A DNA stretch of 63,627 bases, filler included, from Octopus bimaculoides (Eukaryota), in assembly GCF_001194135.2 (NCBI RefSeq). It is 4 parts of 3 records of this genome, joined end to end, with 100 filler letters (N's around TTAATTAATTAA, not from the genome) between each part and the next. Parts side by side here need not be neighbours in the genome. Positions count along the whole stretch, not along the records: positions 1 to 30,171 come from NC_068981.1; 3 more parts are not named here. The stretch is one strand, 5' to 3'. Below the pieces are notes generated by a model. The model did not search any database and was not told the DNA's origin. It saw only the letters and a program-made list of their open reading frames with translations. The position numbers were made by a program, and so were the translations under genes. This document shows, piece by piece, positions 1 to 12,153 of the stretch (position 1 is its first letter; each line of letters opens with the position of its first letter).

Positions 1-290
1 CTAAAGCTCCACGAGGCTCCGGCAGAGGGTAGGTGGCGAACCCTGCTGTACTCATTCACCACAACTTTCTCTCACTTTTACTTCCTGTTTCTGTTGTGCC
101 TGTAATTCAAAGGGCCAGCCTTGTCACACTGTGTCACGCTGAATATCCCCGAGAACTACGTTAAGGGTACACGTGTCTGTGGAGTGCTCAGTCACTTGCA
201 CGTTAATTTCACGAGCAGGCTGTTCCGTTGATCGGATCAACTGGAACCCTCGTCGTCGTAAGCGACGGAGTGCCAACAACAACAACAACA
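1..290 (+). mobile_element. SINE family C, 3' part (head outside the window), (CAA)n tail
   Basis: Matches the reverse complement of the copies at 14886-15249 and 23124-23503, which carry a tRNA-like head. Ends in GGAGTGCC(AAC)n. Confidence 0.85.
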
Positions 291-1354
291 GTAGTCTCAG
301 GAATTAATATGGTTCAGTGAATCAATTACGGTGTGTCCGATTCCGTCAGCATCACATTAATCATTTTTTTTTTCTTGCACCTGTTAATTATTTTAATCAG
401 GAATTTGGAATATCATTTTACTCTGTTACCTCCTCGCCGTTTATCTTCTGCAGTGCCTGAATTATTTCTTGTACTGTTATTTGATATACTTTCACATTTC
501 TGTCTAAAATACGAACAACTTATTTTGAGTTGGATACTAGTCCGTCTACGCTGAAAAGCCGTTGAGAGGAAAGCCCTGAAACGGTGTGCATTCTTTCCTG
601 ATGACTCCTGAAACCTTCTGGCATCCGGTATTTGGAGTTTTCGACCAACTTCTCTTCCACAAGCAATCACAAGAGATTTCCAAATTTCTGGTGATTTCTT
701 CGCTGTGTATATTCCTCCGTTGAATTCTTCTACGTCTTCTGATGTTGGTGTGGCACTGATTTGTTTTATTTTTATCTAATTTCTGATATAAAATTGTTTT
801 AGGCAGGAATCGAACTTTGTTTTGTGTAAAGAATCGTTGTCGCTTTCCATGCTGACTGATTTTTTGTGATTCAATCATAGAACATCCGGTTCAGGTATTC
901 TTTTATTTCGGATACTTTTTTTCTTCTGTTTTACAATAATTCTCTTTTATTTGTTTCTCGTTTTATTGTTACAACTGTGTCACTTCGTTATTGATTTCAT
1001 CAAGTACTGAGAGGTTATTATTTTTTTTTGTTTTCTTATTTTGTATTTTGATATTCCTAATATTTCTAAATGAGTAGAAATACAGTAGCTACTGCGTATA
1101 TCATTGTGTTTAACCTAGTGGTATTGATAATCGTGTCCCTCTTTACTAAGTCAATAATGGCTGCTTTGTTTGTGTGTTTGTTTTTTGCTATTTTATCAGA
1201 TCTCCAACTGTTATGAACATTTGTAATGTATTAATTATCCGAGATAACAATAAGTTATACATTCATCACTTATGCAGTTATTCTTCAATAGTTCTGTCAT
1301 TTGTTTTCGAGTTGGTTCACTTTTATAATTGTGTAATATCATTACATTTTCTGC

Positions 1355-1566
1355 TAAGGCGGCGAGCTGGCAGAATCTTTAGCACGCTGAACGAAATGCT
1401 TAGCTGTATTTCGTCTGCCGCTACGTTCTGAGTTCAAATTCCGTCGAGGTAGACTTTGCTTTTCATCCTTTCGAGGTCGATAAATTAAGTACCAGTGAAA
1501 CAGTGGGGTCGATGTAATCGACTATCTCCCTCCCACACAATTTCAGCCTATAGTAGAAATGGTTAT
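1355..1566 (+). mobile_element. tRNA-derived SINE family A
   Basis: Head TAAGGCGGCGAGCTGGCAGAA, B-box-like GAGTTCAAATTCC, and body CTTTCATCCTTTCGAGGTCGATAAATTAAGTACCAG. At least 8 related copies occur in the window. Confidence 0.85.
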
Positions 1567-1989
1567 TACATATTTTGTTTATATCACAGTTATTCAAACA
1601 GAATATTACAGTGTTAACTCTGAATATTCAATAATTCAATTCTGCATCACGTGATTACAGTGTTCTATTTACTGAAATTCTTCCTTCTATCACTGTTCTT
1701 CCCTCCTCGACATAATCTTCCATTGGAACTCCAAACTCTTATCTTGTCTTTTCGTCCACTTTTCTTTCCGAGATATAAAAAGTTAAACAAGTACTTCAAA
1801 ACGTTGAATTACTCGGACAACTTTACGTTTTGATTTTTTCAGGTATTGATGTTTATTTAAGAAGTTCCTTTGTTGCCACGTAGTTTCGTATTTATTCACA
1901 TTGCGCAGCACCTTCGGCAAGTGTGTTCCACAATAGCTCCGGATCGATTAATGCCTTGGGAGTAAATGTGATAGATGAAAACTGTGTGG

Positions 1990-2140
1990 AAGTGCGTCAT
2001 ATGCATTGATACATACATACATACATGCATACATGCATACATACATACATACATACATACATACATACATACATACATACATACATACATACATACATAA
2101 TACATACATAATACATACATAATACATACATACATACACA

Positions 2141-2182
<42 letters not shown>

Positions 2183-2250
2183 CATATATGCATAAATACA
2201 TACCTATGGGTAGATAGATAGATAGATAGATAGATAGATGTGTGTGTGCT
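1990..2250. repeat. Compound microsatellite (ATAC)n/(CA)n/(TA)n/(GATA)n
   Basis: Directly visible tandem repeats; source of the spurious ORFs at 1896-2352. Confidence 0.95.
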
Positions 2251-2252
2251 CG

Positions 2253-2505
2253 TAAGGCGGCGAGCTGGTAAAGGCGGCGGGCTGGCAGAAACGTTAGCAC
2301 GCCGGGCGAAAAGCTTAGCGGTATTTCCTCTGTCTTTATGTTCTAAGTTCAAATTCCGCCGAGGTCAACTTTGCCTTTCATCCTTTCGGGGTCGATAAAT
2401 TAAGTACCAGTTACGCACTGGGGTCGATGTAATCGACTTAATCCCTTTGTCTGTCCTTGTTTGTCCCCTCTGTGTTTAGCCCCTTGTGGGCAATAAAGAA
2501 ATAAG
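2253..2505 (+). mobile_element. SINE family A, near full length, first ~18 nt of the head duplicated
   Basis: TAAGGCGGCGAGCTGGTA-AAGGCGGCGGGCTGGCAGAAACG... ending CAATAAAGAAATAAG. Confidence 0.9.
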
Positions 2506-2588
<83 letters not shown>

Positions 2589-2715
2589 CGTTCACCTTGA
2601 CGTGAAAAACTAATGCTGATTAGCTTTTAGCCACCGCAACTTAGCGGTTCGACAAAAGGGCGATAGAATAAGTACCAGATTTAAAATAAGCATCGGTGTC
2701 GATTATTTCGACTAA
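2506..2715 (+). mobile_element. (TG)n followed by a diverged right half of SINE family B
   Basis: CAACTTAGCGGTTCGACAAAAGGGCGATAGAATAAGTAC matches the right half of the copy at 43635-43962. Confidence 0.7.
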
Positions 2716-2959
2716 TCGCTACTGGGGCAGGTACAAAAAAACTCTGAAGTAAAGAAGTAATTTTGAAGAAATATTTATGAACACCCGTAATTATTATAGC
2801 TTCTTACGCCCTCATTTAGATTTTTATCGTAACTGCAACTTTTGACAACTTAATCCGTTCATCTTTATCTCTTTCCTGTCTTTTTCTTCCTTGCACACTT
2901 GATCCTTTTTGATGAGCCACATCCGTACCGTCTTCAACCTCGACTAGCTCCATCATTAT

Positions 2960-3165
2960 AACGTCACGTGGTTCATTACACCGCTGCCATGAAATGTCAC
3001 CTAATTCATTAGGTCAATGGCATACGTTACGTCACTTAACTCATTGCGTCCCTGATATAACATTTGACTAAATGCGTCACTGCCATGACACATTAGTGCT
3101 ATATCATGTTCCTTGATTCATTGAGTCATGCCATTACACATCACTAGACTCAGAGTCATAGACAT
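2960..3165. repeat. Degenerate minisatellite, period about 30-35 bp (core like ACGTCACNTGATTCATTG...TGCCAT)
   Basis: Recurring GTCAC / TTCATT / GCCAT blocks are visible by eye. Confidence 0.55.
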
Positions 3166-3668
3166 GATAAGAACTGATGCTTAATACCTAGAAATTATCA
3201 ACCGTTGATATAGAATATCAGTGTTAAATATGCAAAATGATCTGCTCAAGTTACTTTAGCCACTAATATCAGAGTGTTTATAAGGAGTGTATCCGTGGAG
3301 AGTTAAGAAAGGTGAACAGCTGCTCACAAAAAATCCAAACATAGTTGAAATGTGTAGCATATATAACCGTTCTGCGATCATATTGTGTGTTGGGTCATAT
3401 TGTGTATATGGGCTCGTCATAACATACAGTACTGGCTATAAATCTATAGATATGTTCTAACAATGAAACGAAAACTCTTAACATACCAACAAGAGAATAC
3501 TATAATTTCAGTGCCTAAGATCAGGTTATGGCTAATGCAGAGAACCTATGATTAGAGGCAGTTTAGCTGTCAAGCGGCTTCACTTTGCGTGCTTTAGCTT
3601 CGTTACTATGGCAATAGTGCAGATACTTATTGATCAGACCACGTATGTATATATATATATATAAACAT

Positions 3669-3926
3669 AGGTTATGAGCGAAAGTGGTGTCAATTAGACC
3701 CAAAGGTTTCAGGTAATGCTGAGTAAGTGCTGTGGATACACCATAGCTAAGCTCCAGGTTCGGTGATTATGCGAATAAGGGGTCCAACGTAGGTCATATA
3801 TCAGCGTGTGAATATAAGGATTTCGTAATGAGATAAGGAACCAAGGCTGTGTATATTATAGAACATTTATAAATAGAAGGTCTTACAGCTTATACACAGC
3901 CTTGATTCTTTATTTCATTACGAAAT
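3669..3926 (-). mobile_element. Penelope-like pLTR fragment with a fold-back end; same family as 61353-61614
   Basis: 3669-3890 is the reverse complement of 61391-61614 at high identity. 3820-3855 and 3891-3926 are inverted repeats (36 bp, 3 mismatches). The Penelope assignment is inferred from the HHR in the other copy. Confidence 0.65.
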
Positions 3927-4044
3927 NNNNNNNNNNNNNNNNNNNNNNNNNNNNNNNNNNNNNNNNNNNNNNNNNNNNNNNNNNNNNNNNNNNNNNNATA
4001 TATAAACATACATACATACATACATACATACATACATACGTACA

Positions 4045-4075
<31 letters not shown>

Positions 4076-4699
4076 GCATACGCTCGCTCATACGTCATCT
4101 GTCTGCATATCTGGAGTTAAGACTGTGCGCATTAGAATATAATGCGGCTAGCGTGCACATATATAATACATATATACCGCATAATATGCAGTGAACTGTG
4201 AAAATTGCTTAGAGCAAAACTGTCCAATGCAACTGTGCATGCATACATGCGTGCAAATGTATCTGTGTGAGTGCTATATCACGTGACTTGATTCATTGAG
4301 TTATGCCATTACACATCACTAGACTCAGGACGTTGATTTCAATTCGGATTTTACTGCACTGTGTCGTTTCCCTGAATGAAAACCTTCCTCTTCCAGGCCC
4401 TTGGTTTTCAATTGTCATCGATGATTCAGTAATTTTGATTTTTTTCCCCGTTAGGGTTGTAGGTCCTACGCAACCTCATTTTTACCTCTGGGTAAAAACA
4501 GGTTTGCATAGATTGGAGGGGGACAACTGAGAAAGGACACTTACCTTGGTGGTCAGAATGACCGTTGTTTTGTGGGGTGGGGGTGTCCCAAATAGCCGCT
4601 GGAGGTTTCCACTTTCGGGGTTATTATTCCTTGTTTGAATTTATCTTTTGCTTCTTTATTATTGTTATTTATCTTTCTACACGCTTTTAATACAATCAC

Positions 4700-4835
4700 A
4701 CATATAAGTCTGGCCTCCGTCCTTTGATCAGGCCAGCATGGGAGACCCTTCCAGGAGCTTGCATTCCAGTGGCATAGCTATCAGGATCAGTGAGGCACAT
4801 AACCTCCACCCAGTACCAAGGACTTGACTTCGTGG
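4700..4835 (-). mobile_element. Possible RTE-type LINE 5' UTR relic
   Basis: Minus strand GGGTGGAGGTT...TGATCCTGATAGCTATG...GGAAGGGTCTCCCATG...AAAGG..GAGGCCAGAC resembles RTE-clade 5' UTRs as I recall them. Confidence 0.3.
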
Positions 4836-5369
4836 TGGAAACACAACCTTCAGCAACTCTATATCCGCCTTATATTTGAATTTCTTAAAGGTACCAACAC
4901 AATTACGACATATCATAACAGTTATGAGCCGACTGACACGCTTAGTAAGTTTTACAATGACACCGCTCTTCTCTTCTCAATTAATCTTACACTTACGGCA
5001 GCAATCATCTCCTCTTATCTATACTAAACAAAAATGATATTTCAAAATACAGGGTTCATTCCTTGACTTTAATAAAGGTCAACACAAGCTACGAACTTGC
5101 CTTTTAATGTTATATAATCTACTCATAAAAAGCTTTTTTCATTATCACGCTTAAGTGAATTTATTAGAAAATGCACTTCTTAGGTCACTAGTCTTCGGTT
5201 TAATGGTCTTCTTTTTCATCTTTTAAGTAGGTTACCCCACTTCTCTAGGATATGGCTATGTTTGTGTTTGTGCGTGCGGTTGGCTGGGTTGGTCGGTGTG
5301 CATGTATGATGTATGTATGTATATGTGTGTGTGTGTATATATATATCTATATATATATACAAACACATA

Positions 5370-5800
5370 CACACATATACGCATGCTCACAGGCAGGCAT
5401 ATATACATATATAAACACACACAAACACAAAAACACTTACACACACACAAACACACACAAACACAAAACACTTACACACATACACACACACACACACAAA
5501 CACACACACAAACACAAAACACTTACACACACACAGACACACAAACACTAAAACACTTACACACGCACACATACGCACGCTCACAGGCATGCATATATAC
5601 ATTTATAAACACACACACAAATACGTACACACATATATATATATACTTATATATATGTGTGTGTATGTGTGTATATATATATATATATGTATTTATATGC
5701 ATGTGTATGTATTAGGTATGTATATATACACACATACACACACACAGAAACATACACACACGCACGCACGCACACACACATACATATATACACACAGACA
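5370..5800. repeat. Compound CA-rich tandem repeat with a higher-order unit (ACACACACAAACACAAAACACTT)
   Basis: Unit repeated about 4 times at 5410-5570; flanking TACGCAYGCTCACAGGCA occurs twice. Confidence 0.85.
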
Positions 5801-6184
5801 TGTGATTCGGTATGCGTATGTGTCTGTTTGGTCGTGTGCCCATACTGCACTTGTCTCAAAGGAAACACTATAAGCTAATGCCACGGTATATAACGCTCAA
5901 TTGCTTTATAGTAACCATAAACTCAACATTTATGCATGTTCTAAGATTCTATTAAACACTTAAGTAAAAAAGCAGACACATATAACAGGTTTCTCCATAA
6001 ATCATAAAATATATTCACACATTGTAAATACATTCGTACACGCATGAAGGTATGTATGTATGTATATATTAAGTATATGCACGCTTGTATAATATATATA
6101 GAATATTATATTGTATTATATTTTGTGTCGTCAAGATATATCATATATCATATCATATTATATTATTCATATACATAGATGCAT

Positions 6185-6229
<45 letters not shown>

Positions 6230-6439
6230 NNNNNNNNNNNNNNNNNNNNNNNNNNNNNNNNNNNNNNNNNNNNNNNNNNNNNNNNNNNNNNNNNNNNNNN
6301 NNNNNNNNNNNNNNNNNNNNNNNNNNNNNNNNNNNNNNNNNNNNNNNNNNNNNNNNNNNNNNNNNNNNNNNNNNNNNNNNNNNNNNNNNNNNNNNNNNNN
6401 NNNNNNNNNNNNNNNNNNNNNNNNNNNNNNNNNNNNNNN

Positions 6440-6488
<49 letters not shown>

Positions 6489-6559
6489 CACACACACACA
6501 CATAGATAGATAGATAGATAGATACGAACATACATACATATATATGTGAGTGTGTGTAT

Positions 6560-6811
6560 TTATCATTTCTTTATTGCCCACAAGGGGCCACATACAGAGG
6601 GGACAAACAAGGACATGCAAACGGATTAAGTCGATTATATCGGCTCCAGTGTGTAACTGGTACTTACTTAATCGACCCCGAAAGGATGAAAGGCAAAGTC
6701 GACCTCGGTGGAATTTGAACTCAGAACGTAGCGGTAGACGAAATACCGTTAAGCATTTCGCCCGGTGTGCTNNNNNNNNNNTGCTAACGTTTCTGCCAGC
6801 TCGCCGCCTTT
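6560..6811 (-). mobile_element. SINE family A, interrupted by a 10-N overlap gap
   Basis: Reverse complement of 2253-2505; GTGTGCT/TGCTAACG is duplicated across the small gap. Confidence 0.88.
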
Positions 6812-6966
6812 ATGTATGTATGTATGTATGTATGTATGTATGTATGTATGTATGTATGTATGTATGTATGTATGTATGTATGTATGTATGTATGTATGTA
6901 CACACATCTCTATGGCGAGTGAGACATATATGTATGGATATAGATGGGTAGGTAGTTAAGTAGGTG

Positions 6967-7012
<46 letters not shown>

Positions 7013-7557
7013 AAAACAGATAGACTACAAGACAGACAGACAGATAAATAGATATGTATGTGTGTATATATNNNNNNNNNNCTCGTTCTTATGTGAGATG
7101 CAGTGGACGGTACCTTTGGCACCATGCAGTGGCGACCCGTGCGGGCATTCCTGTAGTACTTGATACCAAAGTTTGGCACCGGTCCTTCCAGTATTTTCCA
7201 TATATATATATGTGTGTGTGTGTGCGTGTGTATAATATATAGTGAGAGAGAGAGGGGGATACTCGTAAGTATATATACAAGTATCTATCAACATATATAT
7301 AATAATGTGCGCGTAAGTGTGTGTGTGTGTATCAATGAATATATGTATGTCTATGTGTGTTTATCTATACGTGTACATACGCACACAAACACGCACCACA
7401 CACATACACACACACGCACTAACTCACTCACGCATTTATATATGTATGTGTGTAGGCGTGCATGTATATATATATGTGTGTGTACACACATACACACACA
7501 CACATATACACACACGCATACACACACACATACACACACATACACATACACACATAC

Positions 7558-7632
<75 letters not shown>

Positions 7633-8869
7633 GGAATAGATTTCTTTGAGGTGAGGTGCCTGAACTCGCTAGCCGATGAATTCGTAAGTGCCTTTCTTAT
7701 CGTTGATTTTTGGTGTCGCNNNNNNNNNNNNNNNNNNNNNNNNNNNNNNNNNNNNNNNNNNNNNNNNNNNNNNNNNNNNNNNNNNNNNNNNNNNNNNNNN
7801 NNNNNNNNNNNNNNNNNNNNNNNNNNNNNNNNNNNNNNNNNNNNNNNNNNNNNNNNNNNNNNNNNNNNNNNNNNNNNNNNNNNNNNNNNNNNNNNNNNNN
7901 NNNNNNNNNNNNNNNNNNNNNNNNNNNNNNNNNNNNNNNNNNNNNNNNNNNNNNNNNNNNNNNNNNNNNNNNNNNNNNNNNNNNNNNNNNNNNNNNNNNN
8001 NNNNNNNNNNNNNNNNNNNNNNNNNNNNNNNNNNNNNNNNNNNNNNNNNNNNNNNNNNNNNNNNNNNNNNNNNNNNNNNNNNNNNNNNNNNNNNNNNNNN
8101 NNNNNNNNNNNNNNNNNNNNNNNNNNNNNNNNNNNNNNNNNNNNNNNNNNNNNNNNNNNNNNNNNNNNNNNNNNNNNNNNNNNNNNNNNNNNNNNNNNNN
8201 NNNNNNNNNNNNNNNNNNNNNNNNNNNNNNNNNNNNNNNNNNNNNNNNNNNNNNNNNNNNNNNNNNNNNNNNNNNNNNNNNNNNNNNNNNNNNNNNNNNN
8301 NNNNNNNNNNNNNNNNTATATATATGCTAAGAATACCTTGATTAAGAGCTAATTCTAGAAGCTTCAAATTTCGAGTCATGTTTCATGGAATACGTTTACA
8401 TCCAGTTGTTTATGCTAACCAATTAATAGACATTGTTAACGTTAACAGGCTTACGCTATATTAATTATCCCATAAGAAAATTAGAACTATAGACTTGTCT
8501 GTCTTCCTTTCTCTCTGATTATCTTCCTCCCCACCTTCTCCCTCTCTCTCCATCTCTTTCTGTAAACAACTCGCACCCACACACGCACACACACATACGC
8601 GCACACGCACAAATATACATACATATAGAAAGATACAAAGACGCAAAGCAGGAAAGTATACTAGTCCTTATATATTCAATACTCAATATTTCATTTATTC
8701 AATAAGACATTCAAAACTTCATTTCATTTTACTATTTATATTATATATTCCATATTCTATATCCGACATTAATTTTATAAGAATATAAATAAAACATAAA
8801 AAAACAGGCAAGAGTTGGAACTCTTTTTGAATAATATATTCCTCTATACACTATCATACAAACCCCTTT

Positions 8870-8972
<103 letters not shown>

Positions 8973-9232
8973 ATATATATACATATATAATCATAAATAT
9001 ACAGGGATAAGCATGATTAGACTGCTATATACATATATATACATATATATATACATATATATATACATATACATATATACATATATATACATATATACAT
9101 ATACATATATATATATACATATATATACATATATATATGTGTGTGTATATATATATTGAGAGAGAGAGAGAGTGGGTGCGTGAGTGAGAGAGAGAGTAAT
9201 AGATATATTATGCATATGTATTTCTCTCTCTC

Positions 9233-9267
<35 letters not shown>

Positions 9268-9559
9268 TATTGCATATATACGTACATACGTACGTACGTA
9301 CATAGATATATACGTAGAGGTTAATATCTCACTTTGGGTACAAAGTACGCGGGTTCAGTGCGTTTTAACATATCCTGCTTGAACAGCTGTCCAATAGACA
9401 TGTACAGATTATTCAGCGCTGAACTTAAAAAAGAAAGCCTGCAGAAGAATAACAGAAGATACGTGGTAAAGCAGAAAAGGGAATAATACTGAGTTGTAAG
9501 GAAGATGAAGGAGTGAGAAATAGGGCAGCAGATGAAAAGATGATGTCTGTTGGATCATT

Positions 9560-9690
9560 CGTGGTATTGGAGATGTGATGACAAACCAACTGCAGGCATG
9601 CATACTTGACCACATTTCAAGAGAATGTGGTTCGGGTCGTTCAGTACAGTTCATTCCGTGCAAGAAATGATTCTGTTTCTGATAAGGACT
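9560..9690 (-). mobile_element. RTE-clade LINE 3' end relic (C-terminal zinc-knuckle-like motif)
   Basis: A minus frame reads ...LKCGQVCMPAVGLSSHLQYHE-stop, resembling the CxxCGRxCxSxxGLxSHxRxH terminus of RTE/BovB ORFs. Confidence 0.45.
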
Positions 9691-9740
9691 TAAATCCGTC
9701 TTTTGATTTGTGTGTGTGTGCGTATGTATATTATGTATAA

Positions 9741-9780
<40 letters not shown>

Positions 9781-11335
9781 ATGTCTATATATATATTTAT
9801 ATATATATATATATGTATATATATGGGTATATATATATATGTGTATATATATGTGTGTGTATATATATGTATATATATATATGTATACATATATATATAA
9901 TATATNNNNNNNNNNNNNNNNNNNNNNNNNNNNNNNNNNNNNNNNNNNNNNNNNNNNNNNNNNNNNNNNNNNNNNNNNNNNNNNNNNNNNNNNNNNNNNN
10001 NNNNNNNNNNNNNNNNNNNNNNNNNNNNNNNNNNNNNNNNNNNNNNNNNNNNNNNNNNNNNNNNNNNNNNNNNNNNNNNNNNNNNNNNNNNNNNNNNNNN
10101 NNNNNNNNNNNNNNNNNNNNNNNNNNNNNNNNNNNNNNNNNNNNNNNNNNNNNNNNNNNNNNNNNNNNNNNNNNNNNNNNNNNNNNNNNNNNNNNNNNNN
10201 NNNNNNNNNNNNNNNNNNNNNNNNNNNNNNNNNNNNNNNNNNNNNNNNNNNNNNNNNNNNNNNNNNNNNNNNNNNNNNNNNNNNNNNNNNNNNNNNNNNN
10301 NNNNNNNNNNNNNNNNNNNNNNNNNNNNNNNNNNNNNNNNNNNNNNNNNNNNNNNNNNNNNNNNNNNNNNNNNNNNNNNNNNNNNNNNNNNNNNNNNNNN
10401 NNNNNNNNNNNNNNNNNNNNNNNNNNNNNNNNNNNNNNNNNNNNNNNNNNNNNNNNNNNNNNNNNNNNNNNNNNNNNNNNNNNNNNNNNNNNNNNNNNNN
10501 NNNNNNNNNNNNNNNNNNNNNNNNNNNNNNNNNNNNNNNNNNNNNNNNNNNNNNNNNNNNNNNNNNNNNNNNNNNNNNNNNNNNNNNNNNNNNNNNNNNN
10601 NNNNNNNNNNNNNNNNNNNNNNNNNNNNNNNNNNNNNNNNNNNNNNNNNNNNNNNNNNNNNNNNNNNNNNNNNNNNNNNNNNNNNNNNNNNNNNNNNNNN
10701 NNNNNNNNNNNNNNNNNNNNNNNNNNNNNNNNNNNNNNNGGAGGAGGAGGAGGAGGAGGAGGAGGAGGAGGAGGGAGTAAAGTTTACATCTTACGAAGAA
10801 GGTCTTCAAAACTAGAATATTTGCCTCTTGCCTTGAAGAAGTATTTGTTTTTCCATTTATTAATACACAAAGATCTAAGTCTAGACAACTTAGAAAGAAT
10901 TTTAGCAATGTGATGTGTTCCTTACTTTCGGCCTGTGACTCACTGGCCATAAAGTTTGGTGGGTGGGGGAACCAACTTCATACTGCTTTTACATGCAGTA
11001 AGATACAATGGATGCTCCAGATTTAGTGGAATAACTTTCAGAATGCTTTAGATAGTTTTGTCAATCTAATTGAATTGAAATCATCCAGAGTATCACATGA
11101 CGATGACAACATTTATACGCAATGTCGGCAACATGAAAGGAGGAGATAAATGGATTCCAATGAGCCTGAAGAAAATCGAACCTAAATACATATGGATATT
11201 ACTTTTTATAGATAATTATACGCGGCGTTTAGTTTGAAGATATTTGGAGGAACAGTAGTGTAACTAGAGGATGCGATTAGGGCGGTTCAACCCGGGCGGC
11301 GCTTTTAAGGGGGCCGCGCTTTTGGGTCTGCTATA

Positions 11336-11556
11336 TACGAGGGTGTGCTGAAAAGTTCCTGACCTTAAAGGTATCGCGAAAGGGCTGACTGAAGGCCCAA
11401 ACTTTTGAGTTCTTTTACAGGATTTAGGAAGACTGTTGGACCACTGCAATAAGTGTGTGAATCTGAGAGAGGAATATGTTGAATAAAATCATAACTAACT
11501 GATCCTCTTGTATTTTCTTTTACCCAAAGCCAGGAACTTCTCAGCACCCCCTCGTA
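11336..11556 (+). mobile_element. Mariner-derived MITE with ~30-bp TIRs and TA ends
   Basis: Left TACGAGGGTGTGCTGAAAAGTTCCTG matches the reverse complement of right CAGGAACTTCTCAGCACCCCCTCGTA. Internally it encodes the mariner-like C-terminus HCNKCVNLREEYVE-stop. A second copy is at 25118-25340. Confidence 0.85.
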
Positions 11557-11981
11557 AGTCTACATATGGGATCGACAAACTCAACTGCTATGCTAAAGTG
11601 TGCGCCACCTATGGCAGAAATTACAGGGGGATCAGAGAAAATCCTTGAATTGTTCTTAAATCCAATGGATTTAGCTGCTTCTGAGTAACTGTACTTCTGT
11701 AACAGAGTAGTTAGCAATGAGAATTCCACGAAGAACTCTACTCTTCAGTTTTCTGTGAACATTATATCATTTGCGATCGTATAGACCACCGTGAAAGTAG
11801 CATTATATAGGTGCCCCAATGTTGAAGACCTGAAATGCAACCCGAAGAACAAATAATAAAAGTAGGGTAAATAAACTGGAGCACCATCGCACAGTTCTGC
11901 TCTGTACCATTGTTCACAAGAAAGTCTGTATGTCTTTCTCATACAGACAAACCAATGTCTCCTTTTAGAATATGATGCTCA

Positions 11982-12153
11982 GTAAGGCGGTGAGCTGGCA
12001 GAAACGTTAACACTCCGGGTTCAAATCCCGCTAGGTCGACTTTGCCTTTCATCCTTTCGGAGTCGATAAATTAAGTACCAGTTGTGTACTGGGGTCGATC
12101 TAATCGAATGGCCCCCTCCCCCAAAATTTTGGGCTTTGTGCCTAGAGTAGAAA
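11982..12153 (+). mobile_element. SINE family A, internally deleted, with a 15-bp TSD
   Basis: AGAATATGATGCTCA occurs at 11967-11981 and 12154-12168. Confidence 0.88.

Noticed and set aside
555-625. CCGTT-GAGAGGA...GAAACGG...TTCTTTC-CTGATGA-CTCCT-GAAAC as another (permuted) hammerhead
   Set aside because: Stems I and III can be drawn, but there is no stem II pairing and the 5-nt linker looks too short. The surrounding 413-900 open frame has no recognisable domain. Worth rechecking against a family consensus.
4540-4700. Perfect minus-strand donor AAG/GTAAGT at 4545
   Set aside because: No acceptor or open frame leads into it, and it sits beside a probable LINE UTR relic.
9409-9690. Hydrophobic C-terminus (..PFLLYHVSSVILLQAFFFKFSAE) as a GPI-anchor or membrane-protein last exon
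   Set aside because: It is the antisense of a purine-rich tract, and another frame is better explained as an RTE LINE terminus.
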